A stretch of DNA of 64,000 nucleotides from Ignavibacteria bacterium UBA7675 (GTDB lineage Bacteria; Bacteroidota; Ignavibacteria; Kapaibacteriales; UB7675), in assembly GCA_002483085.1 (NCBI GenBank), contig DLHF01000073.1, positions 10,703-74,702 on the forward strand. The letters are read 5' to 3'. Positions 9,981 through 23,235 of this stretch are shown here, piece after piece. The translations under genes and the position numbers were made by a program. The notes below the pieces were generated by a model, which saw only the letters and a list, made by a program, of their open reading frames with translations, did no database searches and was not told the DNA's origin. Each line of letters opens with the position of its first letter. The stretch's first letter is position 1.

Positions 9981-10502
9981 CTATTGCGGCGGCAGCGCAC
10001 TGCTTGTAGACGCTTCGGCAAGGCGCATCACCTGTCCGTCGAGGATGAGCATACCGCCGGGGCTATCTTTTACCATCCGCACTTTCTGAAGCACTTTATC
10101 GGCAGAAATTTCTTCTTCTATCTGCTCGTTCACGAACCAGTGGATAAATACTTCGGTCGAGTAGTCCTTTGTATCACGCGCCATGTGCATGATATTGTGG
10201 ATTGCTTCTGTCACCTGGCGCTCGTGGTTGTAGGAATCCTCTACAGCATCCGCAGGAGATTCCCAGCTTTGCTTCGGCGCTTCGATAGACGCGAGCTCTA
10301 CGCGTGCATTGCGGTCGATAACGTAATTATAAATTTTCATGGCGTGTACCATCTCCTCCTGAGCCTTCACGCGCGACCACGCTGCAAAGCCTTCGAGGTT
10401 TAGACTGTCGAAGTACGAAGACATAGACAGATAAAGGTAAGCCGAGTAAAATTCCTGATTTAGCTGCTTGTTGAGAAGTTCGAGTATCTGCGGTTTCAGC
10501 AT
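9981..10502 (-). CDS. ftnA: Non-heme bacterial ferritin
   Basis: MLKPQILELLNKQLNQEFYSAYLYLSMSSYF...EEMVHAMKIYNYVIDR...HERQVTEAIHNIM matches the four-helix-bundle ferroxidase pattern of the ferritin family. Confidence 0.75.
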   Translation of the reverse strand: MLKPQILELLNKQLNQEFYSAYLYLSMSSYFDSLNLEGFAAWSRVKAQEEMVHAMKIYNYVIDRNARVELASIEAPKQSWESPADAVEDSYNHERQVTEAIHNIMHMARDTKDYSTEVFIHWFVNEQIEEEISADKVLQKVRMVKDSPGGMLILDGQVMRLAEASTSSALPPQ

Positions 10503-10660
10503 ACGTCCTCCGGGCATAGTCCTGCGTTAAGAATTAGTTACAACATCCATAAGGCGAAATATAAGGCTTCAGGGGCTAAATCTAAAGGATTTCCTCCCAA
10601 ATACGCATTGACAACTCCGGTTCTCTCTGTATAGTTGCCTTGCAAGAACCTACAACAGCA

Positions 10661-10698
10661 CAGATTGTTTGCTGCTTTGCGCTGGCCGTGTATATTTG
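10661..10698 (+). promoter_or_regulatory. Candidate Bacteroidota-type sigma-A promoter (TTG ... TATATTTG, i.e. -33 TTG / -7 TAnnTTTG) upstream of the second giant gene
   Basis: TATATTTG at 10691-10698 matches the TAnnTTTG -7 consensus known for Bacteroidota, with TTG/TTTG about 20 nt upstream. It is about 70 nt 5' of the ATG at 10769. Confidence 0.25.
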
Positions 10699-10768
10699 CA
10701 GCGGGAAGTGTGCTCTCCAATATATATTCGGTGCACTTTATATTCTGTATCCCCTTGCAGATAAGATT

Positions 10769-13700
10769 ATGAAGACAATCTCTACGGTATTGTTTCTTGT
10801 TGTTCTCTCTTTTGCAACTGCCTACGCACAGCCAGTAGTGGTGAGCGAGTACTTTAGCACTGCCAGCACAACAGGTGTCGGCGAGTGGACAGAAATTGTG
10901 GTGCTCGACGATAACGTAGACCTTCGCAATTATACACTGATCGACAACAACTCGGCGCAGACACAAGCACAGGGAGGAGTGCGATTCCGCAATGTCTCCT
11001 TCTGGCAGCATATGCGTAAGGGAACAATTATCGTGGTGCGCCACCGCGACGAAGCGATGGGTGAAGATACGGACGCATGGGATGGCTACTTAGAGATAGA
11101 AACCTCCAACGCCATGTACTTCGAGCATGTGCAACTCGCCAACCTGAGCCTGCCGTGGGAAAGCGTTGCTCTCAACATCGCTTCGGGTGGAGATATTCTG
11201 GAACTGATCGACCCTTCCGGCAATCATGTCCACTCACTTAGCCATAAGCTCAGCACAGGAACCTACTACAATTCGATGAGCGTTCCCAAACCCAACTACG
11301 GAGGTTCGCTTACTGATAATAGCTCGGTGGCAATTGTTCCGGGCGCTGATATCAGTGCATACTCCGACAACAACGCAGCAACAGAACAAACATCTCCAAC
11401 AAAAGGTCTTCCCAATGCTTCGCAAAATTCTACACTGTGGCGCTCGCTGCGGGAGCCTGCCCAGCTTTCCAATACCTCCGTTACTGTTACGCCCAATGCC
11501 GCGTTTACCATAATCAATCTGAGCTGGACGGCTGTAGACGACAGCTATGCTTTTGATGATGTGACAGGGTATATTATTCTGCGAAGTCTGACTAATACAT
11601 TTACTACTCCGAACGACGGCGTAACATACAACCCGGGAGCTATATTTGGCTCGGCAATCGTCGTCGACAATGTACTTGGTTCTGGTAACACGACATTCAG
11701 CGACGATGTATCAGCGTTGGGCATTCCCTGCAACCAGAAGGTGTATTACCGCATTTACCCGTTCCGCTATGGCACGGATGTCAATGGCAGCGGCTACAAC
11801 CCAGCTCGCGGGCGGGCATACAACACCGCAAATTTTGCTTCTGGCAATGTAGAAAAAGTATTTATCGGCCAAGCGACTGTGACTGTCAATGGCCAAACGA
11901 CATTTTGCGAAGGCGAAAACACGCAGCTCAAAGCCACTCCTGCCGGTGCATCGTACCAGTGGTTTCGCAATGGCAATCCGGTAGGCGGAGCAACAGCAGA
12001 TACATACGAAGCAACTGCCGCTGGTGGCTATACCGTGCAGATTACCGCAGCTAATGGCTGCAACAGTACATCGATTACCGTGGCGACAATTACAGTCAAT
12101 CCCAAGCCGGTCACAGCCATTGCATCAGTAGCTGCCCAATGCCTGCGAAACAATTCATTTTCGTTCTCGCAAACAGGCGTGGCTGGCGCAACCTACCTTT
12201 GGGAATTTGGCAGCGATGCTTCGCCGACAACTTCTGTACAAAAAGACCCAATTGGCATTTCTTTTAGCACTCCCGGCACAAAAACCGTGAGGCTGACCGC
12301 AACCAAAGACGGCTGTACATATACGACAACACAAACAGTAAAGGTCAATCCGAGTCCTTCGCTTACTATTTCTCCCGTTGTCCCGATATGCGAAGGCGAC
12401 TCTACTCGCCTTGTGGCAACTGCCGCTGCGGGTGTCACTTACATGTGGTCGGGCAATGGATTGAGCGACTACACGATTGCCAATCCGTGGGCAAAGCCGA
12501 CACAGACAACGCTGTACACTCTTGTCATTACCGATCCGGTGTCGGGCTGCACAGCACAGCAGCAAATTACTGTTCTGGTGTTTCCACGACCTCACGTCCG
12601 CATTCAGGCCAATGGCCCTGTTACACTCTGTACAGGCGCTACCGTTACGCTGTCGGACGACGGCACAAGCGAGGGCGGACAATTTACCTGGCTCCCCGAC
12701 TACCAGACAGGGCCAGTGCTCACAGTAACTCACGACAAACCCGGTGTATATATCTACCGCGTGGTACTCGTAGGCGGCAATGGATGCAGCGATACATCGA
12801 ATGCTATAGCCATCAGCATACTACCCAAGCCCGATGCCTTTATCAATACACCCCAGGGCACAACAGTCTGCCGTGGCAAAACAGTAAGGCTATCGGCCAA
12901 CGACCTACCGGGTGCAACATATAAATGGGGTGGTGGGCAAGATACGCGCGAAATAGAAGTAGGCCCGGGCACATACCGGGTAAGTGTAAAGCTTGGCGAT
13001 GGATGCGAAGCCATATCAGCACCGGTGACAGTTACAGAGCTAGCTCCTTCCTTCTCGCTGTCCACACGCACCGTAACGTTCGGCGAACTCGGCAAATGCG
13101 AATCCAACACAGAAACAACGATTGTGCTCACGAATACCGGCAAGGAAGACCTTTCTTTTATGTCGACAGCGTCGCCGCATTTTGTGGCACCTGGCAGTTT
13201 CATCATTCCGCGCAATGGCTCGAAAACACTTACGCTCCGCTTCGCTCCCACCGATGGAGCTGGCACGTACCAAGGAAGAATTTACCTGACAGCGTCGCCG
13301 TGCGGAGTGATCGACAGCATCGATGTCGAAGGAACAAAGGTAGGAGCCAGCGATGCAAAGCTCGATATTTCGTCGGTTGCTTATCCTACACGCCTTTTCT
13401 GTTCTACAGAAACGCAGGACACATCCGTGACTTTTACGAATGTCGGCACCGAAGAGCTGCGTATTACATCCGTTTCAGTGGCAGCTCCCTTTGCCATAGT
13501 ATCGCACACGCCAGCAGATTTCCCGCTTCTTCTACAGCCGGGCACAACCCGGCAATTCACGTTCCGGTTTGCCCCGTCGGTAATTGGCGCAGCACAGCGC
13601 GATGCCGTTCTGCGCTATGAAACTGGTACGTGCAAAGACTCTCTCCTTGTGTCGCTTTCGGGTCTGTATGAGCAACCAGCACTTGCAAGTGCTCAGTCGC

Positions 13701-15346
13701 TGCTGCAATTCGCCCCACTTCCGGGATGCGAAGACCATCGCGACTCTACTGTCGTTATTACCAACACAGGCTCTGTGGCCATTACCGTCGATGCATCCTT
13801 CGACCCGCCCGGCGAGTTTTCTGTGCAAAAGCACTCTTCGCAGGTGCTCGCTCCCGGCGAAAGCGATACTATTCTCGTGCGGTTCCAGCCCTCTGGTTCC
13901 GGGCTTCGGCAAGCCAACATGCAAGTGCGGGAATTGCTGTGCAATACAGTACAAGAAATTGCAATGCAAGGTGTTAAGCAGGGTATCAGCTTTGCAGTAA
14001 CAAGCGATATTTCTTTTGCTCCTCTCGTTACGCCGTGCGCGGTAGGCTCTACAACAGCAGTGCTTACTATTAGCAATACAAGCGAAGAGCAAGCAAATGG
14101 TTCGGTAGTGTCGGCTGTGCTCAAAAATGCCTCTTCTGGATTCCAAGTGTCGATTCCGTCCGGAACAGCGCTTCCCAACGGCGAAACACAATCCTTTGCC
14201 GTGTCCTTTACTCCATCGTCTGATGGCGTTTTTGCTGATACGCTGTTGCTACACTTAGAGCCGTGCGATATTATCAAAATGATTCCTTTGTCGGGTGTGC
14301 GCGGCAGAGCGCAACTCAATAAAACAGGTACGGAAATCGCACTGGCTCCGCAGCCCGTTGGCAACGCGATTAATGCGTCGATGATTTTCCGCAATACGGG
14401 CACGGTGCCCGTGTCGGTAACGTCTATTGAGGGTATCACGGCTCCCTTCGCTCTTCTCGATGTCCGGCCAGTTCTCCCGGCACTTGTGCAGCCCGACAGC
14501 ACACTAACCATCGAAGTAAAATACACAGCGGACAACAGCATCGCCGATACGATTCACGTATATGCGGTGTATTCAACACCAGGTTGTATTCTGCTCTCCG
14601 ACAGTACAAGGGTAATCGGCAATGGTATTTCTTCGTCTGTTCCCCTTCCTGTGGATATTATCGCGTCGCTGCCCGTGCTGACCGGAAGCCCAGGCGATGA
14701 AATTATCTTCCCCCTTATCCTGAACTCTGCGGGGCTCGACACAGCACAGGTATCAGGCGTTCGCGCGTATTTGTCCTTTGATGGTACAATGCTACTGCCT
14801 CTGTCTGTTGCCGCAGGGCCAATTGCTCCCGGCTTTAGCACAACAATGGAGGAACCCCAGCCCGGCCACCTGCGCGTAAGCCTTCGCAGTACATCGACGG
14901 TGCTGGTCGGCCCCGGTACGGCAGCAGGATTGCACTTCCGCGTGCTGCTCGGCAGCGCACTTACGACGCCTATTACTATCGACAGTTTAGAATTTGACAC
15001 GCCGATGGAAATTCGCTACAGCAAAAGCAGCGGTACGTTTATTCTTACCGACTCTTGTACGATCCAGACACGCCTGCTCAATGTGGGAGGAGCCACAGCT
15101 CTCGCGGTAGTCTCCTCGGACGAGGGCAGCACAATCGCAGAATTTTCAACGGCTTACGATGGCCCGGTCGTGCTGGCACTGTACGATGCTCTCGGCAGGC
15201 AGACAACTATACCGCTGAGCGGCGAAGTGCGCGCAGGCGTGTACCGCATTGCCATACCGACTACGGCACTGCCCGAAGGCATGTATTTCCTTGTCCTCCA
15301 AGCTGCTGGCATCACCAAAACGACGGGAATGCCGGTGGTGCGATAG
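10769..15346 (+). CDS. Giant (about 1525 aa) secreted adhesin-like protein: lamin-tail-like N-terminal domain, several Ig-like 'PKP' repeats, choice-of-anchor-D repeats and a T9SS C-terminal sorting domain
   Basis: Signal peptide MKTISTVLFLVVLSFATAYAQ. PVVVSEYFSTASTTGVGEWTEIVVLDDNVDLRNYTL resembles the LTD motif. Repeats start TVNPKPV / VKVNPSPSL / VFPRPHV / ILPKPDAF. FGELGKCESNTETTIVLTNTGKEDL... is choice-of-anchor-D-like. The C-terminus ...VVLALYDALGRQTTIPLSGEVRAGVYRIAIP...MYFLVLQAAGITKTTGMPVVR is a Por tail. Confidence 0.8.
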   Translation: MKTISTVLFLVVLSFATAYAQPVVVSEYFSTASTTGVGEWTEIVVLDDNVDLRNYTLIDNNSAQTQAQGGVRFRNVSFWQHMRKGTIIVVRHRDEAMGEDTDAWDGYLEIETSNAMYFEHVQLANLSLPWESVALNIASGGDILELIDPSGNHVHSLSHKLSTGTYYNSMSVPKPNYGGSLTDNSSVAIVPGADISAYSDNNAATEQTSPTKGLPNASQNSTLWRSLREPAQLSNTSVTVTPNAAFTIINLSWTAVDDSYAFDDVTGYIILRSLTNTFTTPNDGVTYNPGAIFGSAIVVDNVLGSGNTTFSDDVSALGIPCNQKVYYRIYPFRYGTDVNGSGYNPARGRAYNTANFASGNVEKVFIGQATVTVNGQTTFCEGENTQLKATPAGASYQWFRNGNPVGGATADTYEATAAGGYTVQITAANGCNSTSITVATITVNPKPVTAIASVAAQCLRNNSFSFSQTGVAGATYLWEFGSDASPTTSVQKDPIGISFSTPGTKTVRLTATKDGCTYTTTQTVKVNPSPSLTISPVVPICEGDSTRLVATAAAGVTYMWSGNGLSDYTIANPWAKPTQTTLYTLVITDPVSGCTAQQQITVLVFPRPHVRIQANGPVTLCTGATVTLSDDGTSEGGQFTWLPDYQTGPVLTVTHDKPGVYIYRVVLVGGNGCSDTSNAIAISILPKPDAFINTPQGTTVCRGKTVRLSANDLPGATYKWGGGQDTREIEVGPGTYRVSVKLGDGCEAISAPVTVTELAPSFSLSTRTVTFGELGKCESNTETTIVLTNTGKEDLSFMSTASPHFVAPGSFIIPRNGSKTLTLRFAPTDGAGTYQGRIYLTASPCGVIDSIDVEGTKVGASDAKLDISSVAYPTRLFCSTETQDTSVTFTNVGTEELRITSVSVAAPFAIVSHTPADFPLLLQPGTTRQFTFRFAPSVIGAAQRDAVLRYETGTCKDSLLVSLSGLYEQPALASAQSLLQFAPLPGCEDHRDSTVVITNTGSVAITVDASFDPPGEFSVQKHSSQVLAPGESDTILVRFQPSGSGLRQANMQVRELLCNTVQEIAMQGVKQGISFAVTSDISFAPLVTPCAVGSTTAVLTISNTSEEQANGSVVSAVLKNASSGFQVSIPSGTALPNGETQSFAVSFTPSSDGVFADTLLLHLEPCDIIKMIPLSGVRGRAQLNKTGTEIALAPQPVGNAINASMIFRNTGTVPVSVTSIEGITAPFALLDVRPVLPALVQPDSTLTIEVKYTADNSIADTIHVYAVYSTPGCILLSDSTRVIGNGISSSVPLPVDIIASLPVLTGSPGDEIIFPLILNSAGLDTAQVSGVRAYLSFDGTMLLPLSVAAGPIAPGFSTTMEEPQPGHLRVSLRSTSTVLVGPGTAAGLHFRVLLGSALTTPITIDSLEFDTPMEIRYSKSSGTFILTDSCTIQTRLLNVGGATALAVVSSDEGSTIAEFSTAYDGPVVLALYDALGRQTTIPLSGEVRAGVYRIAIPTTALPEGMYFLVLQAAGITKTTGMPVVR

Positions 15347-15412
15347 GGCTGGCACGAATACAACGATCTGGGCTGGCAGGCGATAAGCTCCAGCCAACCA
15401 CGAAGCGGCATA

Positions 15413-15484
15413 TGCGACCGGTGACAGCGACGCCCGGTAGAGCCGTCCCGTTAGGGCGGCTCGACGCAACGACGCCCGTGCCAC
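15413..15484 (+). repeat. Intergenic repeat, motif-2 copy (GCGACCGGTGACAGCGAC-[42 nt containing the GCCGTCCC-gtta-GGGCGGC hairpin]-ACGACGCCCGTGCCAC)
   Basis: The same conserved ends are present at 31246, 34478 and 62727. Confidence 0.45.
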
Positions 15485-15522
15485 AGAGCTTCATAGGCTA
15501 AAAAGCAGCGTACCGCAGAAGC

Positions 15523-15553
15523 ACAAAAAAGCCCCGTACAAAGGTACGAGGCC
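15523..15553 (-). terminator. Intrinsic terminator of the CNNM gene (minus strand: CCTCGTAC-cttt-GTACGGGG followed by CTTTTTTG)
   Basis: Hairpin and U-run were read on the minus strand immediately 3' of the stop at 15584. Confidence 0.45.
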
Positions 15554-15583
15554 GAGGGAATTCTACGTGTAAATGACTGCTCA

Positions 15584-16681
15584 CTACTGCCTGCCATGCT
15601 GCTGAGGCGAAGGCGTTTCCGAGCTATTGGGGTTAGTATTTGTAACATTAGCAACGCGTTTGTCGCGGCGCTGCTTGGCGAGCTGGCGCAAATCGATCAC
15701 ATTATCGGCTTCATCCACGATTTCCACGCCGAGAATAGTTTCCACGACATCTTCCATCGTAATAAGCCCTTCCACCCCACCGTATTCATCAACCACTACA
15801 AATAGGTGCTGCCGCCGTTCCAGGAAATTCTCAAGAGCGCGGTCGAGCTGCACATTATCCGGAATAAAATACACTTCACGAACAATATCGCGCAGCTTTA
15901 CATCTGACCTTTCATCCACAAGCGCGCGCAGCAGATCGCGTGTAGTTACATAGCCCATCACTGAATCCAGCGAGTCATCCTCATACACCGGAAAGCGCGA
16001 ATACTGTGTGAGTTCCGGCTGCTTCACTGTTTCGCCAACAGTCATATCGGCGGGGCAGGCAAACACAACGATACGCGGAGTCATCACATCGGACACCTGC
16101 ACATCGCTATAGCGCATAATACTTTTCAGAATGCGATACTCATCAGTATCGAGCGAGCCTTCCTCGTGTGCTGTTTCAAGGATTTCGTCGATCTCCTCGC
16201 GCGACGACTCTTCATCTCGGCCTTCGTCGGGAATATACTTACCGTACAAGTACTGCACAAAAGCAGCCACGGGCCTCAGCACAAAGGTAAGTGCATTCAC
16301 AGAGAACGCAGTAAATCCCACCACCTGATTGGCATAGCGCATACCGACAATGCGCGGCATAATGCGGCCTGAGAACAGGAAGACGCTGAAGTAGACACAG
16401 GTAGCAGCAACCACATACCAGAGATTATCGAAGTACAGGAACAGCGAGACTCCCACGGCAATACTGCCTATCACCTGGGAAAATGTCTGAGCAATCACCA
16501 GCGATGTTGTAGAGAAGTCGAGTGTATGCCGCCAGTTGTGAATACGACGCGCCGAGCTGTCGCCCCGCTCCATCATCAGTGTAAGCTGGGCATGCGAAAC
16601 AGAATTCAGCGCTGCGGTAAGAAATGTAAAAAAGGCGCAGGCGAGAATAGTAGCAAAAGCAAGGAGAAGAATGATTTCCAT
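15584..16681 (-). CDS. CNNM / hemolysin-family membrane protein (DUF21 transmembrane domain plus a CBS pair), putative Mg2+/Co2+ efflux
   Basis: The N-terminus has 4 transmembrane segments (MEIILLLAFATILACAFF...). The CBS motif is ...YSDVQVSDVMTPRIVVF... ...GYVTTRDLL.... The CorC_HlyC C-terminal domain is not evident. Confidence 0.7.
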   Translation of the reverse strand: MEIILLLAFATILACAFFTFLTAALNSVSHAQLTLMMERGDSSARRIHNWRHTLDFSTTSLVIAQTFSQVIGSIAVGVSLFLYFDNLWYVVAATCVYFSVFLFSGRIMPRIVGMRYANQVVGFTAFSVNALTFVLRPVAAFVQYLYGKYIPDEGRDEESSREEIDEILETAHEEGSLDTDEYRILKSIMRYSDVQVSDVMTPRIVVFACPADMTVGETVKQPELTQYSRFPVYEDDSLDSVMGYVTTRDLLRALVDERSDVKLRDIVREVYFIPDNVQLDRALENFLERRQHLFVVVDEYGGVEGLITMEDVVETILGVEIVDEADNVIDLRQLAKQRRDKRVANVTNTNPNSSETPSPQQHGRQ

Positions 16682-16725
16682 GAAATAGAACCCGTCTTGT
16701 TCAACCGATACTGGCAGTGGATAGA

Positions 16726-17349
16726 TTATTTACTACCACGGAATTCGGTATCGACAATCTTGATCCGCCCCGGATACGTAAACTCACCATAATTGCGAAA
16801 GTTGACTTTCGGCTGAGCATCTAGCATTACTTTAGAAGTGCTGCCCTGTACCCCACCGAGCGCCATAGCGAGATTCACCAAGCCATCGTAGCCGCGCTCA
16901 CCAAAAAAGCGGTACAGGTCTACCTGCATACGCAGCGGAATCGTGGTCGACTGCCCGCTTGCAGGCACAGACACCGGCGAGGCAATATCGCCGCTTATCG
17001 TTTCTTTGGAATCCAAGTACAGCTTCCAGTCCATTCCCACAAGAGTAGCAGCAGCAGTAGGCTTGCCATTAGAGCCATCATTGGGATTGCGAGCATCGAC
17101 ATTCAGCGTGAACTCAGCGGGAATTTGCTTCGATGTAAAGGCTCTAGTAAGTGCAATACCTTCGGTAATGCTGAGGTCGGAAAGCGACCGTTTGGAGGCA
17201 ATATCGACCCCGGCGATGCGAAAACCGGTGACATTGGCGAGCTTAAACTCAAGCCGCTGGAAATTAGCGAGCGCGTTAGTAATATCGCGTACAGCAGAGC
17301 ACCCCGGCAACAACAGCAGGACAGCGAACACACCGCACAAGAGCTTCAT
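16726..17349 (-). CDS. Hypothetical lipoprotein (possible LEA_2 / NDR1-like fold)
   Basis: MKLLCGVFAVLLLLPGCS gives a lipobox. The family assignment is only a guess. Confidence 0.45.
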   Translation of the reverse strand: MKLLCGVFAVLLLLPGCSAVRDITNALANFQRLEFKLANVTGFRIAGVDIASKRSLSDLSITEGIALTRAFTSKQIPAEFTLNVDARNPNDGSNGKPTAAATLVGMDWKLYLDSKETISGDIASPVSVPASGQSTTIPLRMQVDLYRFFGERGYDGLVNLAMALGGVQGSTSKVMLDAQPKVNFRNYGEFTYPGRIKIVDTEFRGSK

Positions 17350-17446
17350 ACGAACAGATCCAATCATATAATTACCTTATGGAAGAAAGACACATCCCTG
17401 AAAGTACAGCAGCGAATCTACGAATGTTCCGTGGAAATGTATACAA

Positions 17447-17483
17447 ACGAAAAAACGCTTTGAGAACAAAATCCCAAAGCGCT
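17447..17483 (-). terminator. Intrinsic terminator of the response-regulator gene (minus strand: CGCTTTG-12-nt loop-CAAAGCG-TTTTTT)
   Basis: A 7-bp stem followed by a U6 tract, immediately 3' of the stop at 17501. Confidence 0.5.
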
Positions 17484-17500
17484 TTCTGAATTGTTCGGTT

Positions 17501-17977
17501 TTATGACTGTATTGACAGTTCGGACAGCAGACTATCTATATCGCTCGGTTCCCCGTTTTTCAGCCGCCTGCACGCTTCTGTAAGCGCAACAACACGCCTG
17601 CGCTCTATGCTGACAGACGTAAGCAGCTTTACTTTGGCAATAAGCAGTTTGTCTTCGATAGGCTTACTCAAGAAATCGTCTGCACCCGCTTCAATTGCTT
17701 TAACCTGATTAGCAACGTCATTCAGAGCAGTAACAATCACCACTGGGATCATAGAAAACCGTGAATCAGCCTTTAGCCGTTTTACGGTTTCATAACCATC
17801 TAAGCGAGGCATCATGACATCGAGCACAATCGCATCAGGTATTTGTTCTTCCACTTTTTCGAGGCACTCGATACCATCGTATGCTTCTTTGACAGTAAAC
17901 CCTGCAGCGGTGAGATAACGATTGAGAAGCTTGGTTGTAATTTTATTGTCATCGACAACGAGAACTAAGGGATTCAT
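17501..17977 (-). CDS. Stand-alone receiver-domain response regulator (CheY-like, no output domain)
   Basis: MNPLVLVVDDNKITTKLL...DAIVLDVMMPRLDGYE...VVIVTAL...KAIEAGADDFLSKP is a complete REC fold with the phospho-acceptor Asp in LDVMMP. Confidence 0.75.
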   Translation of the reverse strand: MNPLVLVVDDNKITTKLLNRYLTAAGFTVKEAYDGIECLEKVEEQIPDAIVLDVMMPRLDGYETVKRLKADSRFSMIPVVIVTALNDVANQVKAIEAGADDFLSKPIEDKLLIAKVKLLTSVSIERRRVVALTEACRRLKNGEPSDIDSLLSELSIQS

Positions 17978-18132
17978 ACTCAACTCAATGCAGTTGTACA
18001 AGAAGAAAATTATATTACAACACGACTCTGCCAGGCTTTCGCCGTTCGATTACCAGTACTCAGGCCGGTTCTTAATATACACATTTTTTCAAACGCCGTT
18101 GAAATAAATTTAGGAGGCTCTTTTCGCCGATA

Positions 18133-21893
<3,761 letters not shown>

Positions 21894-22020
21894 CTACTCA
21901 ATTTTCCCATCGGCAAAATTACACAAAATTCGTATGATGCAATCTATTACCCATCGAAAACATTAGATGGGTGGATAAATAGTAGGATATGGCGCTATCT
22001 GGCAGGTATAAAAACAACAA

Positions 22021-22049
22021 ACCCGAAGGCGTCCCCTCCTTCGGGTTTG
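22021..22049. terminator. Orphan terminator-like hairpin (AAACCCGAAGG-cgtcccct-CCTTCGGGTTT) in the 775-bp ligA / sigma-factor intergenic region
   Basis: A perfect 11-bp stem. On the minus strand it is followed by TTGTTGTTTTTAT. No annotated gene reads into it. Confidence 0.35.
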
Positions 22050-22309
22050 CAACGTACACACAGAGTAACCATTACTACGGAGTTATATTGCTGTATGCAC
22101 AATTTCTTCTTTTGTCGCAAAGCGTGTTAAGCGCTTCTGATGACAATAACACAGGTAATGTCAATCGGTCTCAGTAAAAGGTCATTTTTTTTGATTTTTT
22201 CTTCGGTCGCTGTCCACATATATTTGTTGTCTATTCATCTGAAATTTTCCATAATATATACGCTGAAATTGTTTATTATTCCGTCTGTGTTGCTGCCATG
22301 ATGATAACG

Positions 22310-22450
22310 CAGACGTCTCCGGCCTTGCGCTGGGTCGCTGCACCGCGCTGCACAGCCGCCGCGTAACCGTTCGCCCCCTTTCGCAACGGGGTATTGTAAG
22401 AACGCAATACGCAGACGGGACAGCCGGTGCCCGAGAGATGCCCGTACCAC
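22310..22450 (+). repeat. Composite intergenic repeat copy G (motif-1 GGTCGCTGCACCGCGCTGCACAGCCGCCGCG... plus a degenerate motif-2 GACAGCCGGTGCCC...GCCCGTACCAC)
   Basis: It has the same order and about 100-nt spacing as the composite copies at 34350 and 62590. It lies in the leader of the ECF sigma gene. Confidence 0.45.
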
Positions 22451-22635
22451 GCTGCCTGATCAGAAGCACATGCAGCAGCAAACTATTCGCTGTATATCTC
22501 TTTACACCTATCGGGAAAACATATGAGTCCGAATTACTTGGATATGTGTACTGAAATTTTTTGCACCCTTTTCCCACTTGCTGTGTTATTAAGGCTAGTC
22601 GGAAAAAAGGTGCCTTGTCCGCTTTGCCAACCTAC

Positions 22636-23199
22636 ATGAAACGTCCCTACTCTATATATTCCGACAGAGAGTTGTTTCTTTACCTGAAAGGTTCAAAGGA
22701 GGAATCCGAAGCAGCATTTACGGAATTGTACAACCGTTATGCTTCGCGTATACACGCTTATTGCTACAGGGTGGTGGGGAATACAGAACAGGCTGAGGAT
22801 ATTTTCCAAGAAACGTTTTTGCGATTCTACCGAAGTGCACAGAATGAACGGAACATGACAAATGTACCGGGCTATTTGCTTACGATAGCCAGAAATTTGT
22901 GCCTAAATCACAAACGCGACCGGCGCCAGACAGTATCGATAGACACACTGCAATTCAGTGCTGAAGAAGAGCATGCTCAGGACAAGACAGAATTACTCGA
23001 ACTGATTACCATGGCTCTGGAGTTGCTCGAATTCGAATACCGAGAAGCATTTGTACTCAGGGAATACAACGGTCTTTCTTATGCACAAATTGCCGAAGTG
23101 GTAAAAACGACAGTACCGACGATCAAAACCCGGGTGTTCCGGGCAAAGCAAAAGATCAAAGCTATTCTGACTCCCTACCTCAAGGATTTGTCAGAATAA
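22636..23199 (+). CDS. ECF-type RNA polymerase sigma-70 factor
   Basis: Region 2 is ...AEDIFQETFLRFYRS... and region 4 is ...YREAFVLREYNGLSYAQIAEVVKTTVPTIKTRVFRAKQKI. The start was chosen at MKRPYSIY. Confidence 0.8.
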   Translation: MKRPYSIYSDRELFLYLKGSKEESEAAFTELYNRYASRIHAYCYRVVGNTEQAEDIFQETFLRFYRSAQNERNMTNVPGYLLTIARNLCLNHKRDRRQTVSIDTLQFSAEEEHAQDKTELLELITMALELLEFEYREAFVLREYNGLSYAQIAEVVKTTVPTIKTRVFRAKQKIKAILTPYLKDLSE

Positions 23200-23235
23200 A
23201 ACGTCGAAAAATTTCTCTACTATACAGCTTACGCT

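Noticed and set aside
13693-14541. 282-aa minus-strand ORF inside the second giant gene
   Set aside because: Same reasoning: it is antisense to a coherent multi-domain secreted protein.
15146-15484. Small ORFs beginning 'MARASL(R/W)R...GRCHRSH' on the minus strand at 15146..15484, 22235..22450, 62587..62784, and the N-terminal extension of the 30274..31296 ORF
   Set aside because: These are translations of the motif-2 repeat read backwards (GTGGCACGGGCGTCG...). The copies are conserved at the nucleotide level, with a variable-length middle that does not preserve frame. They are therefore a repeat, not a peptide gene family.
22182-22577. 131-aa minus-strand ORF in the ligA / sigma intergenic region
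   Set aside because: It overlaps repeat copy G, has no RBS, signal peptide or domain, and has a basic, low-complexity composition.
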